64,000 bases of DNA from an uncultured Armatimonadetes bacterium (GCA_963717145.1 OY970325.1:2944001-3008000), one strand, 5' to 3'. Counted from the first letter of the stretch, positions 8,862-18,823 are shown. Made by a program: numbers and translations. Notes: generated by a model from the letters alone, not told the origin.

Positions 8862-9914
8862 TTACTTCAGCACCATCTGCGCGAGATTGAGCGCGTCCGA
8901 GATGACCTCGATCGCCTGCTCCTCGCTCGTCTTGTAGCCTTCCCCGGCCGCGACCTGGCGCACGACGACCACATCCACGTCCGGCTGATCCTCGATCTCC
9001 GCGATCGAGCCGGCGAACTGCTTCTCCGCGAGTTCCTTCTGATCAGCAGCCGACTTGAGGAACCCAAGCAGGCCCCCACCCTCGCCGCCTTCGAGATACG
9101 GCGCGGCCTTCGTCTTTAGCCCAAAAGCCTTTTTCGCCAGAATCACCGCATAGGCATACGGGTGCTTCGTGCCCTGGACATCGTTCAGGGATATCTGCAC
9201 CTGCACGCCCATGAAGTCCTTCGGCGCATCCTTGAACTTGATCATCAGGCGGGCGTCGGTCGGGACGGCGCGATCGTCCTTCGCCTGCACGTACAAGCTC
9301 GGGAGGAACTCGAGTTCGGGCTGCGACTTATACCGCGTGTAGACGTCCAGCAGGTACCGCGCTTTCCTCGGCAGTTCCGGCGGCTCCCGCGCACCGAGTG
9401 ATCCGGCGAACCAGATGGGAAGGAACAGCGTGAACACGTCGAGCGCCCAGATCGGTGCGACGAACCCGCCTCGGAGCGGTGGAACGAACGCCATGCTGAG
9501 CACGCTGAACAGATCCTGCGCGCGGTCGATGAAGACGGCGATCAGGCCCGCTGAGACGCCGACGAACAGCAGGCCGAGCATCGTCATGGCACAGCCGCCG
9601 CCGGATGTCGCTCGGAAGGCGTTCGTCCGCTCGCGCCAGTTCTTTATTCTAATCGAGAGCTTCTCGATCTGCTCGAGTTCCTCGATGGTGGTGGTCGACC
9701 AGTCGCCCTTCCCGCCGACCTCCGGCTCGGTACTCTTGCTTCGGATGATGCCGAGCAGGCATCCGGCCAGAAAGACGAGCCATCCCAGGAACACGGAGAC
9801 CGTGAGTTGGATAGCGAATCCCGCCAGCAGCAGGCCCGCGATCCATCCGAGCCTCGTCCCCATCGGCATGCTCGACGCTATGGCGAATTGCAGCTTATCA
9901 GTCTTCTCAGCCAT
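8862..9914 (-). CDS. hypothetical multi-pass membrane protein
   Basis: About 350 aa with ~4 hydrophobic segments and a soluble C-terminal domain; co-oriented directly downstream of the radical SAM gene. Confidence 0.8.
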   Translation of the reverse strand: MAEKTDKLQFAIASSMPMGTRLGWIAGLLLAGFAIQLTVSVFLGWLVFLAGCLLGIIRSKSTEPEVGGKGDWSTTTIEELEQIEKLSIRIKNWRERTNAFRATSGGGCAMTMLGLLFVGVSAGLIAVFIDRAQDLFSVLSMAFVPPLRGGFVAPIWALDVFTLFLPIWFAGSLGAREPPELPRKARYLLDVYTRYKSQPELEFLPSLYVQAKDDRAVPTDARLMIKFKDAPKDFMGVQVQISLNDVQGTKHPYAYAVILAKKAFGLKTKAAPYLEGGEGGGLLGFLKSAADQKELAEKQFAGSIAEIEDQPDVDVVVVRQVAAGEGYKTSEEQAIEVISDALNLAQMVLK

Positions 9915-9928
9915 GGCAGTTCCATTTG

Positions 9929-10030
9929 GAACACAGATCACACAGATTGCAGAGGATGAATCGGATGTTTATTCATCCTCTAAGCATTCCATCTGTGTTA
10001 TCTGTGCCCCATCTGTTTCATCTGTGTTCA
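9929..10030. repeat. inverted short-repeat hairpin (ACACAGAT / ATCTGTGT) overlapping rSAM 3' end
   Basis: aacacagatcacacagat...agaggatgaat / attcatcctct...atctgtgttatctgtg. Confidence 0.75.
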
Positions 10031-11474
10031 AGAGCTCTTCGCAGCCGAAGGCGTCCCAGTACATCGGGCAGGCGCCGCTGCAGATGTCGAGATGCCCGCA
10101 CGAGCGGCACTCCTCAGGGACGTATTCCCTGTCCCGATAGTACAGCGCGCGCTCCGAGTTCCAGACATCTTCAAAGCTCTGATTGAGCAGATTCCCGACC
10201 GGATCGGTGAGGCTCGAACACGGGAGCACGTCCCCATTCGGCGCGACGCTCAGGAGTCCGTCGCACGCGGCGCACGCCTTCCCGCCGAGCCCGCCGGCGA
10301 TCGGGTTGAACATGCAGTAGGGCGTCGGCGAGTACCACATGAACTCGATGCCGACTTCCCTCGCCGTCCGCTTCACGGACTGCACCATCGGGCCGATCTC
10401 ACTGTACCGCAAGGCGGTCTCACCGGTGCCGGCCGTCCCGCAGGGCATCACCATGTTCATCGAGAGGCGCGGGAGTCCGAGCGACTTCGCCAGCGCCGGC
10501 ATCGCCTCGATGTGCTCCCGGTTCAGGCGGTTGATCGTCGTGTGCGTGTGGACGTAGATCCCCTGCCCCTTCAACGCCTCGATTCCGTGCATCGTCCGAT
10601 CGAACGAGCCCGGGACGCCGGTCAGGTCGTCGTGCACCTCGACGTTCGGGCCTTCGACACTGACCTGCGCGCTCCTCAGCCCGGACCGCCTCAACTGGCG
10701 GGCGAGCGAGTCCGTCAGGAGCGTGCCGTTCGTGATCAGGTTCACTCGCAGTCCGATACGCACAGCGGAACGTATCAGCTTCGGCAGGTCGTCGCGCATT
10801 GTCGGTTCCCCACCGGTGAAGCTCACGCTCGGGACCTCGGCCTCGTTCCGAATCCTGCGCAGGACGACCTCGACCTCCTCGGCGGTCATCTGACCTTCAC
10901 CCCCGACCGCTCTCCCTTCAGAAGGGCGATGGGGGCTGGCATCTCCCCTCGCCCTTCTGAAGGGAGAGCGGTCGGGGGTGAGGGTGCTCCGAGTGCTATC
11001 CTTCCTGCAACTGCATCCCGCGTAGCAGAACCGGCACGCGAGGTTGCACCGGTAGGTCACCGCAATCTCGCTCAGCACCGGAAGCAGGCTCCCCCGCCGG
11101 CTGAACGGGACCTGCTCGACCGCGCGCCTGCCGTGTCCCTCCCCGAGGCATCCCATTACGAGCGCTCGGATGTCGCAGAAGAAGTCGGACACCTCGCGGA
11201 CCCGTTCCTCGTTCTGGTCTTCCTTTGACATCACCCGATCGAGCACGCGGCGGATTGGCTCTCCTGCGAGAGTCCGGCTGAGCAGGTGGATGCCCGACTC
11301 GTTGAGATGATACGCCTGGTTCGGCATCAGGATCAGCAGGCTGTCTCGCTTCCGAACGAACACGTGCGGCCGGATGTTCTTCACGAATCCGTCGATCCAC
11401 CGGAGATCGGACGGAGCGCCCGTGTCCTCACGGGGACCGCGCCTACCATGCCCGTGAGGACACGGGCGCTCCAT
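9969..11474 (-). CDS. radical SAM/SPASM peptide-maturase-like protein with N-terminal RRE (PqqD-like) domain
   Basis: N-terminal LLILMPNQAYHLNESGIHLL...EVSDFF is PqqD-like; CNLACRFC; FTGGEP; LITNGTLL; SPASM CAAC...GDVLPC...CRSCGHLDICSGAC. Confidence 0.9.
   Translation of the reverse strand: MERPCPHGHGRRGPREDTGAPSDLRWIDGFVKNIRPHVFVRKRDSLLILMPNQAYHLNESGIHLLSRTLAGEPIRRVLDRVMSKEDQNEERVREVSDFFCDIRALVMGCLGEGHGRRAVEQVPFSRRGSLLPVLSEIAVTYRCNLACRFCYAGCSCRKDSTRSTLTPDRSPFRRARGDASPHRPSEGRAVGGEGQMTAEEVEVVLRRIRNEAEVPSVSFTGGEPTMRDDLPKLIRSAVRIGLRVNLITNGTLLTDSLARQLRRSGLRSAQVSVEGPNVEVHDDLTGVPGSFDRTMHGIEALKGQGIYVHTHTTINRLNREHIEAMPALAKSLGLPRLSMNMVMPCGTAGTGETALRYSEIGPMVQSVKRTAREVGIEFMWYSPTPYCMFNPIAGGLGGKACAACDGLLSVAPNGDVLPCSSLTDPVGNLLNQSFEDVWNSERALYYRDREYVPEECRSCGHLDICSGACPMYWDAFGCEELLNTDETDGAQITQMECLEDE
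10893..10985. repeat. palindromic element (CCCTCACCCC..GGGAGAG family) in frame inside the rSAM gene
   Basis: 93-bp near-perfect inverted repeat, related to the intergenic copy at 55314-55431. Confidence 0.9.
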
Positions 11475-11479
11475 GGTTC

Positions 11480-13114
11480 TCAATGTGCACCTCCGCTGAC
11501 GCAGGCCGAGTGGCAGGCGGAATGGCAGGCGGAATGACACGCCGAGTGGCACGCCGAATGACACGCATCATGGCAGGCGTCGTGGCACGCGGTATGGACG
11601 AAGCACGCGGAATGGCACGCGTCCGATCTGATCGATGCCGCCGATGCCATTCCCTTTTCGGGCATCTGCTTGCCGATGCCCTTCTCGACATCGTTCTCCT
11701 GTCCCTGCGATGCCCCGTAGAAATAGTGCGGATAGTAGCTCGAGTAGCTGTGCCCCCAGGAGTCATATGTCCCGACGCCCGTCCGCTGAGCCACCTCGAA
11801 CTGCGCCTTGATCTGGTTGCGGTAGAACTCCTTTGTCGCGTCGAGGTCGCAGTCCCAGCACTTCGTCTGCACGTTGTCGGCGATGTGGTCGATGATCGCC
11901 TTGAGTTCGCCGTCGTCGAGCTTGCCCTCGTCCCGGACCGCGTTCCACATCATGTCCTCATAGAGCTTATCCGGCAGCACCCCGATCGGATAGAGCCGCT
12001 CGACCCGCAGCGGATCGTTCGAGATGATCTTGAAGAGCCCCCTGCGCTCCAATTCGAGCACGATGGCGGCGAGGATCTTGTTCGCCGGGATATCGAGCAG
12101 GAACGCGGCCTCGATGGGATGGAGGTCGCCGACCTTGCCCTTCTGCCGGAAGCTGCTAACCTTGATCTTCGGCGGCACCCAGTCCGTCCGGTCCCAACGG
12201 ATGCCGTCCATCTCCTCCGCCGCGGCCGAGTAATCGGAGTACTTCTTCTTAACGAGAGCCACCGCCACCCAGACCAGTCCGATCGCGAGCAGGAACGCGA
12301 TCACCAACCGGCTCGGGTCTTGTTGAATCCGAACGTGGGGCGATTCACCGGGTTGACTCGGCTCCTGACCGCCGGGAATGAGCGGCTCGGACGCCTTCAG
12401 TTTCAGGTTCGGGAAGAACTTGGCGATCACGTAGGTCTGGATGCGCATATGGTACTGAGTCGGCACATCCTTCTTGTGGAAGCGGACGGTCAGCCAGCTC
12501 TTGCCCTGATACGGCTGCCCGTAGTAGCTGATGAGGTACTGCTTGTTGACGAACTCCTCGGTGCGGAATCCGACATCTTTCAGGCGCTGATCGGTAACCT
12601 TCTCGCCGACGACCTCGATCGGGTAGTGGAGGTAGACCGTCTCATGCTCCAGCGGCTGATCCCACTGGACGGGGGCCCAATTGAAGACGACGAGCTTCCC
12701 GAACTCGCTCTCGGTGTAGTCGAGCATCCCCGCGCCCGCGAGGTCTGTCGTGTAGAGGACGATGTAGGTCACCTCACCGGGACCCGCCGCCGCGCCGTTT
12801 GCCAGAACGATATCGTACTTCCCGCTCTCCACGGGGCTGATGGACAGCCCATACTTCCGCCCGCGCGCATCGAAGGCGTACGACTTGTCGCTCGAGAACG
12901 TCGGATAGGCGCGGTCGAAGCCCTCGAAGTAGAAGCCGTGCATCTGCCCGCTGTTCACCTGCCACCGGATCTTGTAGACGACATCGGCGAACCCGTTCCC
13001 GTGCGGCGAGACGTCGACCTCGACCCACTTCATCCGGGCGTCAGCGGCCCGCGCCGGCGACAGGATGCCGAGCAGGAGGACCATGGCTATCAGATATGGT
13101 ATCAGTCTGCGCAT
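11480..13114 (-). CDS. signal-peptide single-pass membrane protein (DUF2207-like layout) with C-terminal (HxAC)n Cys/His repeat tail
   Basis: Signal peptide, ~240-aa exported domain, TM LVIAFLLAIGLVWVAVALVKKK, cytoplasmic helical region, then DACHSACFVHTACHDACHDAC(HSAC)5VSGGAH. Confidence 0.85.
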   Translation of the reverse strand: MRRLIPYLIAMVLLLGILSPARAADARMKWVEVDVSPHGNGFADVVYKIRWQVNSGQMHGFYFEGFDRAYPTFSSDKSYAFDARGRKYGLSISPVESGKYDIVLANGAAAGPGEVTYIVLYTTDLAGAGMLDYTESEFGKLVVFNWAPVQWDQPLEHETVYLHYPIEVVGEKVTDQRLKDVGFRTEEFVNKQYLISYYGQPYQGKSWLTVRFHKKDVPTQYHMRIQTYVIAKFFPNLKLKASEPLIPGGQEPSQPGESPHVRIQQDPSRLVIAFLLAIGLVWVAVALVKKKYSDYSAAAEEMDGIRWDRTDWVPPKIKVSSFRQKGKVGDLHPIEAAFLLDIPANKILAAIVLELERRGLFKIISNDPLRVERLYPIGVLPDKLYEDMMWNAVRDEGKLDDGELKAIIDHIADNVQTKCWDCDLDATKEFYRNQIKAQFEVAQRTGVGTYDSWGHSYSSYYPHYFYGASQGQENDVEKGIGKQMPEKGMASAASIRSDACHSACFVHTACHDACHDACHSACHSACHSACHSACHSACVSGGAH

Positions 13115-13174
13115 GTGCCTATGTGCCGACCCGTCGGACGCGTCTGACCTGTCTGATCCGTCGGACAGGACTGC

Positions 13175-13564
13175 TCACTCCTTCGCGCTTTCCGTCCGCG
13201 CCCGGAGCAGGTCCGCCTGAGAGAGGATGTACTGCGCAAAGTTGCCCTTCGCCTCGGCCCACTCGCTCTCGTCGGGGAACGTGCGGACGATCCCCTGCCA
13301 GATGACCTCATACGCCCGCTCGAGGCAGACCTTCCCGTCGCCCGAACCGGTGTACTCGAAGACCGCCTTGATGTCCGTCGGCCTGAAGACCGGCGTCGGC
13401 CCGGAGTACACCTCGGTCGCCGCCCCGAGGAACTTCACGCCGATCTCCTGCAACACATCGATGTGCTCCCTGATCGCCGTCAGTACCGTCGCGATCGAGT
13501 AATCCGCCGATGAGAAGCGGATCTCGAGCGACTTGTCCTTGATCTCGCCGAATGGCATGTTCAT
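13175..13564 (-). CDS. hypothetical protein, first gene of the rSAM operon
   Basis: 129-aa ORF with strong AGGAGG RBS and GC3-rich codon usage. Confidence 0.75.
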   Translation of the reverse strand: MNMPFGEIKDKSLEIRFSSADYSIATVLTAIREHIDVLQEIGVKFLGAATEVYSGPTPVFRPTDIKAVFEYTGSGDGKVCLERAYEVIWQGIVRTFPDESEWAEAKGNFAQYILSQADLLRARTESAKE

Positions 13565-13739
13565 ATCGTCCTCCTACTCATTCAAAAGGTGTTGGGTGTA
13601 GGGTTCCTAACGCCCAACACCTCTCCACACTTCGCCCCGATACCCCGCCAGTCCTCCCGCCGGCATTTTGGACACGCAAGTTGCCGTAAAGTCGCGTCCT
13701 GGGGTAGAATGACGCGACACTAACTACGCGGAGAGCATC

Positions 13740-15548
13740 ATGAATCAGGATTCCGGCGACGGCATCACAACCTACGGGACCGGGCACGGCTCGTTCCGCG
13801 CTCGACTGGGCGAGTACAAACCGCTCGTCGACGCGGCACTCGACTCATGGGACCGCCAACGGTTCAGCCAGTTGATGTGGGCGAAGGACCCCGCCCCGTG
13901 GAAGCAGCCCGAGGGCACGCCGGAGATCATCGACCGCCTGGGATGGCTCACCGTCGTCGACACGATGCTGGGCCGCGTCGATGAACTGACCTCGTTCGCG
14001 GAGGAGATCAAGAACGCAGGCTTCCGGTCGGTCGTCGTGCTCGGCATGGGAGGAAGCAGCCTCAGCCCGGAGGTCTCCTACAAGGTTTTCGGCGCGGCCG
14101 ACGGCTTCCCGAAGCTCTTCGTGCTCGACAGCACGGTGCCGGCCGCAATCCGAACCCTCGAGGCGCAGATCGATCTCGGCTCAACACTCTTCATCGTCTC
14201 GAGCAAGTCCGGCAAGACGATCGAGACGAAATCCGCCCATAGGCATTTCCTCGCCAAGTCGTCGCCCGAGCGGTTCATCGCGATCACCGATCCCGGCAGT
14301 TGGCTTGCGGGAGAGGCCGAGACGAAGGGATTCCGTCGAGCATTCCTCAATATGCCGGAGATCGGCGGAAGGTATTCGGCGCTTTCGTACTTCGGGCTCG
14401 TCCCGGCGGCGCTGATCGGCGTCGATATCGAGGGACTCCTCGGGAGTGCGCGAAGGATGATGGAGGCATGCGGACCCGAAGTCCCCGCTCGCAATAACCC
14501 CGGTGTCGCACTCGGAGCGATCGTGGCCGAACTCGCGCTCCGGGGCCGCGACAAGATGACGATGCTTTTCTCTCCTCGATTGGAGAGTTTCGGCGCGTGG
14601 GTGGAGCAACTCGTTGCCGAATCAACCGGCAAGGATGGCCGTGGAGTCCTCCCGGTCGAGATGGAGACTCCCTTCGGACTGGAATCGCATAGCCCCGACC
14701 GCCTCCTCGTCTATACCAAGCTCAAAGGCGCCGGGGACGATCTTGGAAGAGCCCTGCAGCGAATGTTCGAATTCGCCGGGCATCCGGGTCTCAGCATCGA
14801 GATGGACAACTTGCTCGACCTTGGCGGCCAATACTTCCTTTGGGAGTTCGCAACCGCAGTCGCAAGTGCTCTCCTTGGTGTCAATGCTTTCAATCAGCCG
14901 GATGTGGCCACCGCCAAAAAGAAGACGCAGGAATTCCTCGACGAGCACAAGGCGAAGGGGGAGTTCGGGCCGCTGACGAAGCTCGCGGACGATGACAATC
15001 TGATCCTCTACGCCGACGATGAGACCAAAGCGACACTCGATCTCCTCCGCGTGACCGGCCCATATCCTGATGCGACGCCCGAATCGGTGCTACATGCGCA
15101 TCTCCAGCGCCTCGAGCCGGGGAACTATATCGCGTTGCTGGCGTTCATGGAGCGCACGCCCGATGCCGAGATCATCCTCGGCACGATTCGGGCCAAGCTG
15201 GCCAACCGCTACAAGGCCGCGACAACGATCGGATACGGCCCGAGGTTTCTCCACTCCACAGGCCAGTTCCACAAGGGCGGACCGAACAACGGGCTTTTCA
15301 TTCAGATCACCGCACGCGACCCCGTAGACGTCGAGATCCCCGGCGAGAAGTACACATTCGCGGTTCTGAAGGACGCCCAGGCGCTCGGCGACTTCACCAC
15401 CCTGCGCGAGAAGGGCCGCCGCATCATCCGCATACACCTCAGGCGTGACGTCAGCGCCGGCCTCAAGTCGTTGTACGGCATCACAGCCCGCCTCTGCGGG
15501 CCGGCGCGCCCAAGCACCATCACACAAGAAGGAACAGATCGCACGTGA
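13740..15548 (+). CDS. pgi: glucose-6-phosphate isomerase (resembles the PGI half of Tal-Pgi fusions)
   Basis: DRLGWL, VLGMGGSSLSP, SSKSGKTIET, IGGRYSALS, EQLVAESTGKDG, GPRFLHSTGQFHKGGP. Confidence 0.9.
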   Translation: MNQDSGDGITTYGTGHGSFRARLGEYKPLVDAALDSWDRQRFSQLMWAKDPAPWKQPEGTPEIIDRLGWLTVVDTMLGRVDELTSFAEEIKNAGFRSVVVLGMGGSSLSPEVSYKVFGAADGFPKLFVLDSTVPAAIRTLEAQIDLGSTLFIVSSKSGKTIETKSAHRHFLAKSSPERFIAITDPGSWLAGEAETKGFRRAFLNMPEIGGRYSALSYFGLVPAALIGVDIEGLLGSARRMMEACGPEVPARNNPGVALGAIVAELALRGRDKMTMLFSPRLESFGAWVEQLVAESTGKDGRGVLPVEMETPFGLESHSPDRLLVYTKLKGAGDDLGRALQRMFEFAGHPGLSIEMDNLLDLGGQYFLWEFATAVASALLGVNAFNQPDVATAKKKTQEFLDEHKAKGEFGPLTKLADDDNLILYADDETKATLDLLRVTGPYPDATPESVLHAHLQRLEPGNYIALLAFMERTPDAEIILGTIRAKLANRYKAATTIGYGPRFLHSTGQFHKGGPNNGLFIQITARDPVDVEIPGEKYTFAVLKDAQALGDFTTLREKGRRIIRIHLRRDVSAGLKSLYGITARLCGPARPSTITQEGTDRT

Positions 15549-18500
15549 GACTATCGGACGAACTGATCGGCACGAAATGCGATATCGCGCCATTCGGGCG
15601 ACTCAGCTACTGGACGGGGAGCGACCCCCTGACGCTGACCCGGTGCGACGCCCCGGACCTGCAGCCCGTCAACCGGGAGGAACAAGGCGGCAGGCATCTG
15701 GGCATCGAGTGGGAGTATCCGCGCCAGTTCTCCAGTGTGGTGATCCGGTTCGACGAGGGGCGAGCGCCTTGCCCGAAGGACGTCCAACTCCAGTACTGGG
15801 TGCACAATTGGCCCTCCGACTTCGCGGGTGGCTGGACGGCGGTGGATGATCCCTACAACGGCAAATGGGTGACGGCGAACGGCGAGTTTCGCGTTGACGG
15901 CAGCACCTGGACCTTCATGTTCGACCCCCTCGACATCACCGAGATCAGTCGCGCAACCGACTTCGCGGTCACATATCGGCAGTCGTACCGCGTGCGACTG
16001 CTCTTCAAGGGCGAATCGGAGCCGGGGATCGCCGGCCTCGAGGTCTACTCCGACTCGACCTGGCGGGAGGCGGCCCTCCGAATCGAATTCGGGCTCAGGG
16101 ATGGCGGCTTGACGTACTCGGGGCCGATCGAGGTCCACAACGGGTACATCCTTTCGACGGATGATTCCGATCCGAGGTCGGTTGCCGTGAACGTCCTGTA
16201 TGCGGAGACCTGCAACTATGGCGTCGAACGGAGCGCGCCGACTCCACCGGACCGGACGATCATTACCGTGGCCGGATTCTCGTTCCTGGTGACGGACGCT
16301 CTGGATGGCGGCATCGACGTCCCCGACCACGGGGTGTTCGTCAGCAACCGTAGGGGAGGCCTTCAACGGCCTCCAGATCGGGAGGCCGTTGAAGGCCTCC
16401 CCTACGGTCAATCGCTTCCCATCTATGACCGGATTCTCACGGAGCCGGAGCAGACGTTCGAGCGCGCTCGTCGGGAGATCCCTCAACTCATCAAGACGCG
16501 ACAGGGCGCATGGGGGCGTTACCTCCCGATCGGATGCGATGCCAACCGCCAGGAGTTCGCCGTGCGGTTCAATGGCGAGATCTTCGCGGACAAGCATGAA
16601 CTCAAACTGGTGGGCAGGGATCCGGCACGGCTTCTATGGCCCGGTCCGGCCATCCACTTCAAGTTCCCGACCGGCGATCCGCCCGACTTCCGCGAGCGCG
16701 AAGACGGCACCGAGCAGTCGGCGCTCAACGGCTACCTGCCGATCTACACCTCGACCTGGAAGGATCGCGAGTTTGCCTACGAGATGACCGCCTTCTCCGC
16801 ACTGCTTCACGAATCCCCCTGGGAGGAGGAGAAGAAGCGCGGTGACGAGCCGATGGTCGCGCTCTCCCGGATCAAGATCAGAAACACGACCGAGGAGAAA
16901 CGCACAGCCCGGTTCTGGATGGTCATAGAACAGCCCGAAAAGCTTAACACAGACGAGCAGGGATTCGTCTATGCCACAGGTCGAGCAAGGGATGACAGCG
17001 TGCCGGACTCAGCCGTGCAGAAGCGCTGGACCGTGGAGGAGTATCCATCCCGCCGACTCCGAGCGCAGGTTCGGACACAGGGCCGAGGGGAACTCTCGGC
17101 AGTCGCATGCACCTATCAGCCGTTCGAGGTCACGAGCATCCCGAACGCCGTCGCATACGACATCGAACTCGAACCAAGGTCGATGCACGGGATAGAACTG
17201 CTCATCCCATTCATCACCTCCACCGGCGATGAGGGCCGCGACGCCGTTGCCGGTCTCGACTACGATGCCAGACTCGCCGAGATGGCGGCGTACTGGGAAT
17301 CGCTCATCGGCTCGGGCGCGAGGATCGAAGTGCCGCAGGAGGTCATCACCGACTACGTGAAGGCGACACTGCCGCATATCGCGATCACCGCCGACAAGGA
17401 CATCAAGAGCGGCTACTACATGCTGCCCGCGGGGACGTATGCCTACCCGGTGTGCATGAACGAGGCCTGCCATCAGATCCGCGCGCTCGATTACCAGGGC
17501 CATCACGAGCGCGCGCAGACGTACCTGCGTCCATTCCACGAACTGCAGGGCACGCGCGGGCTCCACGGCCGGTTTGCATCGAAGGAAGGCGTCTTCCACG
17601 GGCTGCGCGTGGACGATGAGACCGACTACCAGGCGTTCAACTACAATCTGGATCACGGATACGTCACTTTCGCGCTCTGCGAGCACTACAAGTTCACGCG
17701 TGACAAGGATTGGCTGCTGAGCATCGCTCCGAGCCTCGTCGCCGCATGTGATTTCGTGACCCGCGAGCGTCAGGCGACTATGCAGGCCGGCGCATGGGAA
17801 TACGGACTCCTACCGCCGGGCCACCTGGAGGACAACCCCGAGTGGCTCTACTGGTATGCGGTCAATGCCTACTGCTACCGAGGGATGCAGGCGGTCACGG
17901 AGGTGCTCGCGGACATCGGTCATCCGGAGGTCGAACGGCTCAGGCGTGACACCGATGCGTATCGAGACGATATCCGCCGCTCGATGCGTAAGGGAGCAGA
18001 GTTGTCGCCGGTGACAAAGCTCTCGGGCGGAACCTATACACCGTTTGTCCCGACGAGGGCCCAACTCCGTGGTCGCGACATCGGCTGGATCCGCGACTCG
18101 CTCTACGGACCGGCGCACGCGATCGAGTGCGGTGTCTTCGATCCGTTGGAGGATATCTGCACCTGGATGCTGAGAGACCTCGAGGACAACGTCTTCGTCT
18201 CGCGGTACCGGGGCCGGCAGGTCGATCTCGAGCGCTTCTGGTTCAGCCAGGGAGGGAACACCATCCAGTCGGGCCTGCTGCCGATGGTGATGGTTTACCT
18301 CAAGCGCGATCAGCCCGAGCACGCGATCAGAGCGCTGTTCAACTCCATTGCGCAGAACCTGTACGAGGATGTGCGCTGCTTCACGGAGCATCCGGTCGCG
18401 GCGTTCGGCCTCGGAGCGGGACCGTTCTACAAGACGCCGGACGAGAACTGCTGGATCAACTGGCTCCGGAACGTTCTTCTGATGGAGAAAGGCAACGACG

Positions 18501-18823
18501 GCCTCATCATCGCCCCCGGGATGCCGCGCGAGTGGCTCGCGGACGGCCAGGAGGTCAACCTTCAGGGCATGGCGACGTATTACGGGCCGATGAGCTATCG
18601 GATGTGCGCGGAGCCGGGACGGATCACGGCGATGGTCGAGCCGCCCCGCCGGAATCCACCCTCGTTCCTCGAGGTCAGATTCCGCCATCCGGAGCGCCTG
18701 CCGATGAAGGGCGTGAGCGTCAACGGTCAGCCGCATCGGACATTCGATCCGACGACGGAGATCGTCCGTTTCGACAACGCCGCCGATCTCCCGGATCTGC
18801 TGGAGATCATAGCCGAGTACTGA
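15545..18823 (+). CDS. large putative glycoside hydrolase/phosphorylase (six-hairpin-like C-terminal domain), paralog 1
   Basis: 1092 aa with GLLPPGHLEDN, WYAVNAYCYRGM, LIIAPGMPREWL, ATYYGPMSY, typical of (alpha/alpha)6 glycosidase-like proteins; adjacent to a GH116. Confidence 0.65.
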   Translation: MRLSDELIGTKCDIAPFGRLSYWTGSDPLTLTRCDAPDLQPVNREEQGGRHLGIEWEYPRQFSSVVIRFDEGRAPCPKDVQLQYWVHNWPSDFAGGWTAVDDPYNGKWVTANGEFRVDGSTWTFMFDPLDITEISRATDFAVTYRQSYRVRLLFKGESEPGIAGLEVYSDSTWREAALRIEFGLRDGGLTYSGPIEVHNGYILSTDDSDPRSVAVNVLYAETCNYGVERSAPTPPDRTIITVAGFSFLVTDALDGGIDVPDHGVFVSNRRGGLQRPPDREAVEGLPYGQSLPIYDRILTEPEQTFERARREIPQLIKTRQGAWGRYLPIGCDANRQEFAVRFNGEIFADKHELKLVGRDPARLLWPGPAIHFKFPTGDPPDFREREDGTEQSALNGYLPIYTSTWKDREFAYEMTAFSALLHESPWEEEKKRGDEPMVALSRIKIRNTTEEKRTARFWMVIEQPEKLNTDEQGFVYATGRARDDSVPDSAVQKRWTVEEYPSRRLRAQVRTQGRGELSAVACTYQPFEVTSIPNAVAYDIELEPRSMHGIELLIPFITSTGDEGRDAVAGLDYDARLAEMAAYWESLIGSGARIEVPQEVITDYVKATLPHIAITADKDIKSGYYMLPAGTYAYPVCMNEACHQIRALDYQGHHERAQTYLRPFHELQGTRGLHGRFASKEGVFHGLRVDDETDYQAFNYNLDHGYVTFALCEHYKFTRDKDWLLSIAPSLVAACDFVTRERQATMQAGAWEYGLLPPGHLEDNPEWLYWYAVNAYCYRGMQAVTEVLADIGHPEVERLRRDTDAYRDDIRRSMRKGAELSPVTKLSGGTYTPFVPTRAQLRGRDIGWIRDSLYGPAHAIECGVFDPLEDICTWMLRDLEDNVFVSRYRGRQVDLERFWFSQGGNTIQSGLLPMVMVYLKRDQPEHAIRALFNSIAQNLYEDVRCFTEHPVAAFGLGAGPFYKTPDENCWINWLRNVLLMEKGNDGLIIAPGMPREWLADGQEVNLQGMATYYGPMSYRMCAEPGRITAMVEPPRRNPPSFLEVRFRHPERLPMKGVSVNGQPHRTFDPTTEIVRFDNAADLPDLLEIIAEY
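16347..16408. repeat. GTAG-type REP-like palindrome inside CDS
   Basis: accgtaggggaggccttcaacggcctcc-agatcg-ggaggccgttgaaggcctcccctacggt. Confidence 0.92.

Noticed and set aside
9969-11474. PqqE / PQQ biosynthesis
   Set aside because: The architecture is similar, but no pqqA, pqqB or pqqC is nearby.
13740-15548. Bifunctional transaldolase/PGI
   Set aside because: Only the PGI portion is present; there is no transaldolase N-terminal domain.
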